The notes below the pieces were generated by a model. That model ran no database searches. It saw nothing but the letters and a program-made list of their open reading frames with translations, and was not told the DNA's origin. A DNA stretch of 64,000 nt from Moniliella sp. 'wahieum'. Lineage: Eukaryota. The stretch spans positions 124,001 through 188,000 of the forward strand of contig RSEE01000033.1 in assembly GCA_003971905.1 (NCBI GenBank), written 5' to 3'. Position numbers and translations under genes: made by a program. Each line of letters begins with the position of its first letter. Position 1 is the first letter of the stretch. Shown here in pieces: positions 47,495 through 59,593 of the stretch.

Positions 47495-50179
47495 ACTGGG
47501 ATCGGCAAGAGAGGAGGCGCGGATGCGGCCTGAAGGATGCTTGCTGTGGATGCCGATTGTGGCAGTCAACCAGCCTGCCTGGAATGGTGCGAGCAGTAAT
47601 CACTAATCACGCAATGTACAGCATGATGGGATCTGGGAGACACAACGGGCTCGTTGAGTTCAACTTGAACGCTCATGTTTCAACGTCTCAACCTTCACGC
47701 GTCACTCGTCACGCTTCAAGCTGTCATCTGCACAGCCAGTGGGTCTTGTGTGCAACCCCGTCAGTACCGTCCAACGGATTGAGGCGGCGGTGGTACGAAA
47801 TATGTTCCCAAGCCCCCAAAGAGAAAAAAAAAGTATATCCAGCGTACTACCGTAGTGTCTAGTGCAACTTCCTGGCCTGTGGAAGGGAGATTGCTTCGGA
47901 TGCCGACAGGTATTCATTCAGGCTGCATGGAATGGCGCCTTATATACCAGAGGAGAAGGAGAAGCTAACACACGGTAGACCACGCGTGATGAGGGGAAAG
48001 AGACACAAAAGGGGGCAAGGAAGATCTAGAACAAGGATCATACCCACATCCTGTGGGAATGTGTGTGTGATCCGTCATGGCCTATTCCATGTTTGTTCCC
48101 TTGAACCAAGCATGCCCTGGTGAGCTATAGTACTAGACCAGTTGAGACGACTGTGCAGCATAGTAAAGGAGCCATCAGAGGTTCCCGAGGATGTAAAAGG
48201 GAATTAGTCGAAGGGGGGGATTCAAAAACGTCAATAAAAAAACAAGTGTACTATACACTCTGGGGCATGGCGGGGAAATTTCCCTTGGGGCTTCAAGAAG
48301 CTTGAAGCTTGAAAGCTGTGAGCTTGACTATCAATTGCAGCTCAAACATATGATTAACGTGTTGAACACGTTGAACTACGTCTTCGACCCTCCGGGCCCT
48401 TTTGCAGCTTCACCCGCTTCATTATAGTCATTGGTTTCACCCATACACTTTCGCATGCGGTTCCCCCGCTTTCAACGTGTTCAACGTATACGTTCGACGT
48501 TCATATATCATAGGTCATCTGATCCTCAGATCCTGTGTTTCAGCCTGAGATCCATAAGAGAAACAAGACGCCTATAAGATCCGTGAGACGACCTGAGATG
48601 AGCTAAGAGAAAAAAACGTCACGAGGGCAGAGAGATGCATCCTGCATCCCTCTCCCTGTGCGAATCAACCTATATACTTTCGCTCCTGGGCTGCGTCGCG
48701 AGCTTGCCTGAAAACTGCATGGAGGTCATGCAGGTCGTGGCTTGGCAACTCAAGCAACTCAACGACCGACCAGCGCAGTGGAAGACGCATTAGAGTGTAC
48801 TATAGTAGCGGAGTCCTCTATACAAGTGAGAAAAGCATTCCGGCCCCTGATGTGATGCATAATGGTCAACGTCGTCAGCGCGCCCAAACGCGCCAACGTT
48901 CAACTGTATACCTGAGTGTCCGACGTCACTGCCGGTGTGGGACGGGGAATGCGGGGGATCCAACCCCATGCATGGCTCAGCGCTCATCCCTATTCCATGA
49001 CTTTTTGATGCCTGGCTTGGTTAGTGACTAGTAGTGCCAGCGACTAAGTAGTCAAGCTTCAAGCTAGCCCAGTGAACTAGTGAGTACATTAAGTACGGAG
49101 TACGAAGCACTGCAGTATCCTGAGTGTAGCTAGTGAGTTGAAAAGCTTTTTCACTATTAGTGACTCACTCCGCTTCAATACTCGTTGCTGGTTCTTGGAG
49201 GCTGGGCGCTGGATGCTGGATGCGGGATGCGGGATGGTACGTTTGATCTCCCATGCGAGATCTCCCATGTCACGGGCCAAGCAAAACAGAAGCGCTGTAA
49301 GCTAATCAAGGCGCTCCCAGCGCTCCGCCCCGCTGATAAGCCATCCACCCCAACCCCAACATCAGCCCCAGTACCAATACCAACACTAAAAAGCAAACTG
49401 CAGAAACAAACAATTGGCGCCATTGGCTTGGTCCATGATGCATGATGCATGACCTGTCTCGTTGGCCCTGGCCTTGCCTTGGCCCTGGCCTTGCCTTGGC
49501 CCTGGCGCTGCGTAGAGGCCCAGGCGAGGAAGGAGCTACGATGGGCACGGCTAAGAACAGAAGATGAGGCCTGAGCGGAGCGGGAGGATGATCGAAGGAG
49601 ATACGGTATGGCGCCGAGACCAGCTGCATGGTAGGAATAGTGCTAAGGGGGAGGAGTGGGAGGCCAAGCCTGCGCCAGCCAACGTGCCCGTTGCGCTTCC
49701 CGATCGATCCGCCGATCCGCGCCAAAGCAACAAGAGCAGCATGGCCCGAGCCCGCCGACAAACGGACGGCTCGCCTCCACCCTCGCCGTCAACTGACTGG
49801 GCAAGAAGCGTGGGAAGCGTAGGGGCACCGCCGCAGTACACGAGGGTACGGTAGTACGGTGGTACGGTGGTACGGGGAGAAGCGAAGCTGGATGGGGCAA
49901 GTGCAGGGGCACAAGGAGGCAGTGCGTGGGTCCAGAGGGGAGCAAGGAGTAAGACGATGGGGGCCAGAGCCAGTGTGTGGGGGGGAATCTTGGATGTGGG
50001 CTTGACGATAGAGTGAGAGAACAAGAAGAAGAGACGAAACAAACAACCCACAACCCCGGAGCGCGAGAGGAAAAGCGCACCGGCGGCGGCCAAGGCCAAG
50101 GCTAAAGCTAACGCTAACGTGGAAGTGTAAAAAAGTGTAAAGTGTAAATGGAACGTGGAACGTGGAACGTGGGAGCTAC

Positions 50180-51051
50180 CTAGGCCTTGTCGAGCCAGGT
50201 GGAGCGGTGGGGGTGGGTGCGATCGCGATGCGGCGGGTAGACCGGGACGGGCGGCGGGGAAAAGTCGGCATAGGGGTACTCGCTCTCGCCGCGGGGCGAG
50301 CCCAGGACGGTCGGGGGCGGTGGGGTGGGCGATAAAGCTCGCGGCGGCCGAAGGTCGTCCTCGTCCTCCTCGGAATCCAATTCGAACGAGCGCAGAAATC
50401 CCGACCGCCGATCTTCCCGCCGCGGCACATGGGCCAGGGTGAATTCATGCCACAGTTCAAACCAGGGGCAGGCACGGAGAACGCGGTCGCGTTCGCGCGC
50501 TTCGGGCGGGGAGTGGGGGGGCAAGTCCTTGCGCAGCGCGAGCGACGGCCGCGGCGGAGGCGTGGCAGCGGCAGAGGCACTGGTGGAGGAGCTGGCGGCG
50601 CTCGAGTCGGTGGGGGGCAAGGTACGTGGGTGCTGGCGGGTGCGTGGGCCCGTGGGGGGGAGGGGAAGGCAGGCAGGCCTAATGCTTCTTCTTGCTCAGC
50701 GACCAGCGCAGCATACTTGCGTTTCATCACATCAATGTGACTGCGCACCGAGCCGGTCGCCGGCGGGTTCTCCGGCCGGACAAGGACCGCCAGGATCTCG
50801 AGCAGGCGCCAACAGGGGGTGCGGCGGTCGTCGTAGTGCAGCGGACCGGGGCTGTAGACAACGCGGTTGACCCAGGAGCGGTAGTAATGCAGCCAACGGA
50901 CCAGCGTCAGCTCCTCGTCCATGGTCCAGCGGCGGCGGGGGCGAGCGGGCGCGGGGGCGGAAGCAGGGGTGCCGGTGCGGTTGGAGGCGGGGGCAGGGGG
51001 AGGGGAGGGGGAGGGGCGAGGGCGGATGCGGAGGGAAGGGGGTGGGAACAT
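50180..51051 (-). CDS. Myb/SANT-like (trihelix/MADF-type) DNA-binding domain protein
   Basis: ATG 51051; RRRWTMDEELTLVRWL..W..L..VRSHIDVMKRKY, then after one indel near 50640 RVLRACPWFELWHE; acidic/Pro-rich tail; TAG 50182-50180. Confidence 0.65.
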
Positions 51052-52376
51052 GGTGGCGGGGGCTGTGATGGGGGTGCGTTGGTGGTGGCAGCGGGTGCGT
51101 GGCGGGCGGGGGAGCGCTGGGAGAGCAGATGGGGGTGGGCACAGGCTGCTGGGCGAGGCGCGCGGCGGGCGCCTTGCGGGCGGTGCGGTTGGGTGGCATG
51201 GGCGAACGGAGGCGGGGGGGGGGAGGGGGGAGGCAGAGGCAGAAGGCGAAGGCGAAGGCGAAGGCGAAGGTGAAGGTGAAGGTGAAGCAGAAGCAAACGC
51301 AAAGGGTGGGAGTGGCGGCAGAAGGGCGCCAAGCAAGCAAAACACTCTACTCGTCCCCAACAGCCAGGCGTGCCTGCCTTTGCGAGGGGCTGAGGGCGGG
51401 CGGTGGGCGGTGGCCTGAGCCTCCGGGCAGGCGGCGACCGATGAACGAACGTAGAGTTGAACGTTCAGTTCGACTTGGGCAACCGCAATCGTCGACTGAG
51501 CAGCGGGAACGCTAACGTTATGAAAGGCACCGCAGCCACGCCACGCCAGCGGCTGGGACGGTGGAAGCCTTGCCTTGCCCGACGCTTGGCTTGAAGCTTC
51601 AAGCTTCAGGCGAAGCTTCGGGCCAGTGGGAGCAGCGGCGGATCGGATCACGAACCATGCCTGCCCAGCCTCTTCCCCATGCCCCAGCCGCTGACGCCTG
51701 CGCGTGTAGCACGCGGTATCGAGGCAGTCCTCCGTCCTCCGTACCAGTCCGCCCCTCTGCACGCATCCACGCAGACTCAGTCCTCATCCCCCCAGTGGCG
51801 GCCCACCCACACCCCCACCCCACCCGCCGCGCACCCGCCACGCACTCGCCCGCTGCTGCCACATCACCCGTCCCATCACCCATCACCCGCCGCCCGCACA
51901 CGCACACGCAACACTCCACCCCTCCCCGTCCATCGCCACGCACGACGCACCCCAGCCCCCAGCTGCCCAGCCCCCGCGCCCCACCACCCACCGCCCACTT
52001 CCGCCCGCCAAACCCCAAAGCAAAACCGCCGCACCAGCCGCCGCGCTGACGTGGCTGCTGTTTTGTTCTCGCCACCTTCTACCCACCCGCCTGGCGCTCA
52101 CGCGCCCGCCCGTGACGTGACGCGTGACACCCCCGCCCACATCCAGGCGCCTCGATCCTAGCACGCCTCAGCGCCTGAGCACGCCGGAGCACCACCAATC
52201 AAAACGTACTAGCTACCAGATCTCACTGGGGCACAGGGGGGTTACGGTTACGTGGTGAGTAATAGTGAGTACTGCATGAGTCTGAACCTGTCCCAGCCAG
52301 TCCACCGCCGACAGGCGCCAGGCCTGAGAGCCTGAGCCTGAGGATCGCACCTTTCCCCTCCCCTGGGGATAGGTAA

Positions 52377-52422
52377 GCGGATGCGGATGCGGATGCGGAT
52401 GCGGATGCGGATGCGGATGCGG
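52377..52422. repeat. (GCGGAT)7 microsatellite
   Basis: Seven perfect copies plus a partial copy. Confidence 0.95.
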
Positions 52423-54756
52423 CCCGTACCGCGGTTGCGACGAAGCGCCGAAAGAGTCGTGAGATCTGAGATTTCGGTTCTCGATCTTAGATTCTCACAT
52501 GTGTGATGCAGATGCGCCTTTCACCAATTTCACCACTCGACGCACTCCGCCCTGCCCAACCCTATCTTTTGTTTTTTTTGCACCCTCTGCCTCTGTTCTC
52601 CCTCTGTCCCCTCTGTTCTCTGGGCCCTGTCCCGTGTTTGCTCGGTGGGAATGCAGCGCTGCATAGCTTGACGCGCGGCTGTAACATGTCCGGGCAACCA
52701 GCGACAGGCAATTGCGCTCACTTTGCCATGGTGCATGACGCGCATGACGCGCATGACGCGATTGACGCAATGACGCATGGGGCGGCGGGCGGCAAAATTC
52801 ATGTGGATGTTCAACACGTTCAACGTTCAATATTCAATGGCCAATTATGGTTACTGGTTACGTGCGTATCATGAACAGGAAACCTTTTTTGGCCTTTTCA
52901 ATCGGAGGCCTGCAGCGACTGGGTCCACCGGGACTCCCATCGGAACTACCGACGGGCCCCAGTCGTTAGGGCATTGAATATTGAAGCTTGAAGCTTCAAC
53001 TTGAATGAGCACGTAGGCCTTTCGGCTTCGGCCGTACGGCCTCACGCACCTCAATGAATGTTGAAAGGTGAAATTCAAAATGTTTTCAAGCTCAGGCTGA
53101 GCGGCTGAGCCCCGCTGCAATTAAAGGAAAAACTGAACCGCTTGAACTTTGAACTTTGAACGTTGCTTGAACCTTCGAACCTGTGGTTGACGATTGAATA
53201 TTGACGCGTGACGATCAATGATCGGTGATCGATGATCCCAAGGCCAGGCGCTCAGCGCGTTCACTGAGTACAGAGCCATCCCCACGCTCCTTGGCAGCTG
53301 CCACCGACATGCTCGCCCCCCTGCCCGCGCCTCCGCGCCTCCCGCAGAACAGTTCCTGTTACCGCGGGGCTTCCGGCTGCTACGGGCTGCTACGGGCCGG
53401 CCGCGCTTCCGCCCACGGGCAGGCACAGGCATGCAGCATGGCTCGGGACCGCGGCTAGCCGTTCAGGCAACGAGAACGTTTTTGTTCAACTTGAACGTTC
53501 AACGTGTGAACGTCCAAGCAACGTGCAAGCTCAGGCCTCAGGCTGAGGCCTCAGGAGCCCTCAGGCCGCCTTGGTTGGGTTTCAAGGACGTGGAACGGGG
53601 AGCGAGGAACGTCGGGCGGCGGTAGGCCGCCGCGTCGCGCGCTCAGCTGAGCGCCTGTTGCATCCAGAAGCTTGAATTGCTGAAACTTGAAATATGAAAC
53701 AATGGCCAGAACGGACTGGGGAGCGTGGAGGGTGGAGAGCCGACAAGCCATCTCCATATGATCGATGACGCGTGACGCACGCTGACGCTGGGTGGATTGG
53801 ACCGAACAAACCGGTTTACGCGTTTACGGTTGATTTACGGGATTTACTTGAGTTCCATTAGATGTATGCCGTGTAGGATACCACGTACCAGCCTGCATCA
53901 ACCTGACCCAACCTGTACACTAACCGGTGCCACTCCAGCCACCACAGTCCATCCTATCCACCATTGACATCGCAACTAATTAAAGCAACCCCTCCCTTAC
54001 ATCTGCTTGGTTGCGACCGAGAACGAGACCCAAATGGAAGATCTGGGCAGCCTGATGGAGACCGACTGGAAACCTGGAGCACCTGCGCAGCTTGCGTACC
54101 ATTGTTTTGCCCCGCACTTCGTTCCTTACCCTAGAGCTGGCATCACGCGGATGCAATCCTACCATGGACCCGACTTGCTTGTCGGCCTTAGGTTGCTTCA
54201 GCACAACAGGGCCCATCGGAGCAGGGTAGAGAGGTTGGGCCTACTGTGCCTTTTCTACTTGCGCGTACCACGCTCCTGCGCCCGCGAAGGCATGAGTTTA
54301 CGCATCACGTACCCCATCTCACTCGGTCGGACGTTGATTCGCTCCGCTCCGAACCGAGCGCTGGACCCGGAAGCGCAAGGACGCTGTAAGTGGGAGCTTG
54401 GGTAGGATGGGTAGGACCCGGCCCAGCGGGGGGGGGCGGTCGTGGGTGGGTGGGAACGAAGGAAGAGGGATAGATCCTGTGCATGCGCACACACAAGCCG
54501 ACCGCGCACACGTGGGCGAGGGCACGTCTGAGAATGTATACCTTGTATATGATTCGTTTTGGTTCCTCAGGCTTAGGCCTCCTTACCGCCTCACCGTTCG
54601 TGGTGCCACCTCCCTCCTCCCGTGGGGAACATACGCACCACGGCGACCGACGCGTTCCCCAGCGGAGGCGAGGTCGGTCCGTTTTGGAAGAGGGGGGCAA
54701 GGGGGGCAATGCGATGCGATGCGAGGTCGCTTTCGCAAGGGTAGCGGGAGATTAAA

Positions 54757-54867
54757 TTAGGTTAGGTTAGGTTATAGGTTAGGTTAGGTTAGGTTAGGTT
54801 AGGTTAGGTAGGTTAGGTTAGGTTAGGTTAGGTTAGGTTAGGTTAGGTTAGGTTAGGTTGGGTTGGG
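54757..54867 (+). repeat. Interstitial telomere-like (TTAGG)n tract, ~20 units, decaying into TTGGG
   Basis: Directly visible; two internal irregularities. Confidence 0.92.
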
Positions 54868-57800
54868 TTGAGGCTACTGAATGGGCAAGGGTGCCAACAA
54901 GTTGGTTGGACTTGATTCTGTTGCGCAAGGAGCCAATGGAGAGGGGTTGGCTGGTGCGTTGCGGCAAGGGGAAAGAAACGTCAGAGCGCCAGTCACGCCC
55001 ACGCCGGATAGCCCAAGTGCCGACCGCTTGCCACCGCGTCCAGCCTTGGGTGCAAGAGGGCTGAGCCTTCAGGCTGAAGCCTCCCTCCGACCTCTCTCAC
55101 TCAACCCACCCACTTCCCTTCCTGGCGCGCTGGACTGAACGCGGGCTGACGCACTGACGCACTGACGCGACACCGGATCGGTGGGGTCGTTGGGTTGCCC
55201 TGGTGCGCTTTCATTCGTGCCAAGTCGGGACGTAGTGGGATGGGCCATCGAGAGAGGATCGAGAGAGGATCAAGAATGTAGACGATGGATGGTGCAATGT
55301 GCGTCCGCGTCTTTGTCCGCCTACGCATGGCGTACGCAGTGCGGTATTCAAGCCTCAGGCTGAGTCCTCCTGAGGCCTCAGGGTGGATGGGCGGCCCGCG
55401 GGCAGTCTGTCAACCATGCGAAGGAGGTTGAATGAGGACTGGTGGAACATCGAGCTGATGACCTGATGAGAACCGAGCAACTGATCTGAAAACCGTTCAA
55501 CGTGCGTGTCAGCGACCAGGGAGATTGCAGATGGGAGCGGCGTGTAGTGTGACTGCAGCAGACTACAGCTGCTGTAGCCCGTGGCTGTTCCCCTTGAGCT
55601 GGACGGCGTCGATGAGTATCGAGTGTCGAGTATCGAGTAGGTGGGTGTGGGGGCTGGTGGCTAGTGGCTAAGCTAATAGTGAGGAGGGAACAATGGAGAC
55701 AACTGGGATGCACGATGCAGGGCGAACGGTGAATGAGTGTGACAACCAAAAAGGTGGATGCAGGACGGTCCATTGCGTCATACATGTTCCACATTGCTGT
55801 GAGTCGGTTGACTGATCCACTGCCTCAGCCTCAGCCTGGGGCGGGCGAAAGCACTGTCTCAGTGGCAAGAGCGCTGCGAGAGCCAAAGACGGGCGGTTTC
55901 AGCGACGGAGGGCGAGCCATTGAAGCCATTGAAGCAGCCTAGAGAGAGCAACTCCATCGGGGTAGCCTCAGTGCTGAGGCTCAGTGTAGCGCACGGGTAG
56001 ACTGGTAGCGCCGACGCAGGCCAACGCCACCCTCCACGTACCGCATGGTCCCAGATGTGGAGCAGCCAGGGTGCTCCAGCTTCCAGGTGCTCCCCAAACC
56101 TTAAACCCCATATTAATTCGCCCGCCGCAACTCTAACTCTGTTGAACGTTGAACGTTGACGCGTGACGTGTGACATGTGACACATCCCACGTTGCGTGTG
56201 ACGGTGACATACAGACGGTGGCGGCCGCGTCCATTCAGCGTCTTCCCCGCGGTCGGAAGGAGCTATGGGGAGCGTTGTCCTTCAAGAGCTCGGAGCTTGA
56301 CGCATCATGTGCATGACGCATATGAGACGCACAAGCACATGCACAAAAGCACATGCACATGACGAATCGCTGAAGCCCTGAGGCTCAGGCCTGAGGCGCG
56401 GAGGGTGTTGTAACGAAGATGATTCGATGATCTCGGAAGTGTTTCTCAAATAAAGCCGTGATCGGTCCTGGGCTCCGAACGTTTGGGCCGAAGAAGACGA
56501 GCCGAGGCACCGCTGTGCATCCGTCCATGTGTAACAAACGTGCACGCAAGAGGCCGCCCGCATTGTACACAGCCAGCCGCTTCTCGGATCGAGTTCGCAG
56601 GCATGCGTCTCAACCAGTGTCTCGATCCTCTCTTGATTTGGGACCATTGGGAATTGGCCATCCAAGACGGCGGTGCAGCGAAGTGAGATAGTCTGAGATC
56701 TGAGGTCTGTGACATGTGTGACCACTATCCGCTACGACTGCATTACATGGAATGAATGTCCCACTGTTACAAAACATGAAGACTATGACATGGTGGATTG
56801 AATCACAATCCTGAGGTAGTCCATATCATAGTCTCTCCACACGCAAGAGAAAGATTATCGATTACGCGGTACGGGGGTGGAGTCTGCGAGAGAGAGAGAC
56901 CTGCAGTGGGTGTTAGGTATACCCTCCTCCTGTGACTGCATGTGACATTGCACATTGCGAGGCAGGGCAGAGGCTGTCATCATCCTTTTGACGTATACAC
57001 CCCGACACACACAGGTTTGGAGCTATACTTCCCCTCTCGCTTGAGAACGGTCGACTTTCAAAAACGCTCCTCCCTCCCCCCTAGTGCCGCACTAGCCCCC
57101 CTTGTTCTCGGTGATAAACGATAGTCCGTGGGAGTACTCGTTTCCTCGTTGTAAAACCGAACAAAGCCTTCTCTCTCCTCAGCTCGTGATCCGTCAAAAC
57201 CTCGTGCAATGCGGTGGGCTTGTGCGCCCGGTGCACATGGTTTTTCAGTTAGCTCTCAGCTCTCGGCACGCTCAGCCCTTTGATCTCAGCAATACAGAGC
57301 TCAAGCAATGATCATGACCATGAGATTGACAACTTTGATAAAGACAAGTGGTTCCTGTCAACGTTCGACGTTCGACGTTGGACTTGGCTTGGATTATGTG
57401 TGGTAGGACGGGATTGTAGATCAAAAAGGGGCTTCAAGCTCCAAGCTTCACATTCGCCACATGGCACATGTCCCTCCCGGCAAACAGGCGGGGGGATGGA
57501 AACGTAGTGCAATTGTATGAGTACTCCCAGGTGAGTACTGTGGCTGAACGATCACGTTGAACGTTGGTACTGTCACCCAGAAACCACGATATGCAGAAGG
57601 CCGACGGACACCATCGTTGATGATGGTCATCGATCATCGATCATGCACACGCAATGGGGAAAAACAAGGTTACCAGTGTGGCTGCGTCCCTAGGGGGCAC
57701 AGTACGAGAGGTAACCGGTAACCGGTAATATATGACATCGTGGGAGCAGGTGTCCATGTGGTCCAACGGGACGCCGATCGGGTTGGAGAGGGAGGGAGAG

Positions 57801-59469
57801 AGAGCGCGTTTGACATGTTGACATGTGGGATGCTCGCTGACGCGCTGACGATGCACATGATATGTGGCAGAGAGTGCGGGGGAAACAAGGGGATGCACAT
57901 GGTGTTGCATTGATATGTCTCCTACTCGGTGGGCGTTAGGCGCAGAGAGAGAAGGCCGTTACCAACGTGCGAGGTGCTGGTGCGCATACCATATTGGTGA
58001 GAGACGGACCCGGGCTGATTGACTAGGGTCTGCTAGTAGCGACTGCTTGGCGAGGATGAATACGAGTGCCGAGGAGAATGGCCTATCTGAAAGAGGAACA
58101 GCGACTGCGACGTGCGATCAGGGTCCAAACGTGCGAATCATGTGAATGTGGGAGACACGCAACAGCATATGGTCTACCGAGCGCCACAAGAACAGATATC
58201 TGAACTCAGATGAGTTGCCAGGATGCGCCGCTGTCCCAGCGACATGTCAGGCGCAGAGTGGCAGACTGCCCAGCTGATGTGCTGTTCGCACGCGTTGGGC
58301 AGAGCCTCAGGAGTTACTAGCTACTGCGAGTCATCACTAGTTATCGATTCTCAGCTGCTAGTTACTCTTGGCTGCTAAGGCCTAGCGATGGCTTGGGTGG
58401 GTTTGGGTGGATGGCTGCTGTGCACGCTGGCTGCGGCGGGGAGGTGCGTGATGTGTGACTGGCTGGCGCGGTGCGGGAGATATGCGGGGGCGGGGCAGCT
58501 GTGCAGACAGGGGCGCGGTGCGGGGAGGCCGGTGCAGCCAGGGTGTGCGAGCAGCCGTGGCGGCGGAATGGCCCAAGGCGAATACGCGCCGCCAGCCACG
58601 GGGGGCAGTGTGCTGCGGCAGCGAGCCCTCGCGTGTCTGCGTTGGAGCGGGCGTTGGGGGCGCGGGCTGCGGCTGCGTGCGCCTCAGGCTACACATGGTA
58701 CGCTCCCTTTCTCCTCCGCCTCCACACCGGCCCCCCGCCCTCGCTTGTTCTTGGCGGCATAGCGCTTATCGCCTCGAGTGCTCTCGCGCCCACCCCCACT
58801 CATCCATCCATCCGCCTCTCCCCCGTCGGAGAAGACACGGCTGATGTGCTGATGCGCACCCAGCAGGCGAGCTGTTCTGGTCTGTCTCGCGTAGCCTCCA
58901 ACCGTATGGTTGCGTGCACCCTCTCCGCCCCCAAGCCCCGCCACGGGGGGGGCGCATGGGCCAGGACCAGTATGTACATCGCCCGCCATGGCCGATGATC
59001 GATGAGGTCATTTGTCTTCGGGATCAGACGGTGGGGACAGCAGGCCAAGCAGTGCCCACGAGCGCGTGTGCTGGCGTGCACTGCCCCTCGGACCACACCC
59101 TGTCCGCCCATTCTGCTTCCATGTGGCCAGGCAACGCACAGTGCTCACGCTCAGCGCTGAGCGCGGGTTATACCGTCGCACTCATCCGTCATCCCGATCG
59201 CTTCTCTCTTTCATCTCAGCTCCCCACGCACGCCACTGCATGGGGCCAGTTGATGATGATCGATGAGCATCGTCTGCGCACTGGGCCGCAGGAGCAGCAT
59301 GCCCAGCCGACGCTGCTGCGTACGTGCCGGCTCACGCCTGCTGCTTCCCGCCGCGCCTCTGCCTCGGTCGGCCCTCGTCGACCGGCCTACTCCGGCGTCT
59401 GTGTCCACCAACCCACCCAATCCCCTCCTCCATAGCCATCACCTCCACCGGTGCACACGCACACAACCG

Positions 59470-59476
59470 TATATAA
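59470..59476 (+). promoter_or_regulatory. TATA box (TATATAA) of the aspartic protease gene
   Basis: ~120 nt upstream of ATG 59594, followed by a CT-rich leader. Confidence 0.6.
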
Positions 59477-59593
59477 CCCCCACCCCTCGCCGCCTCTCCT
59501 CGCCTCTCTCTCCCCACCCACCCAAGCTCCCTGCTCTTGCTCCCCGCCCTCCACTTTCTCTCCCACCTCTTCGGTCCGCTTTTCTCCTCCCCA

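Noticed and set aside
45400..48300. Full LTR retrotransposon around the Gag-like ORF
   Set aside because: No paired direct repeats, primer-binding site or pol motifs (protease, RT, RNase H, integrase) visible.
51599..52075. ORF starting 'MARTKQQ..' resembling a histone H3/CENP-A tail
   Set aside because: Starts at a non-ATG codon and has no histone fold; chance match.
54007..54405. 132-aa ORF in the gene desert
   Set aside because: Non-ATG start, no domain, no splice or promoter support.
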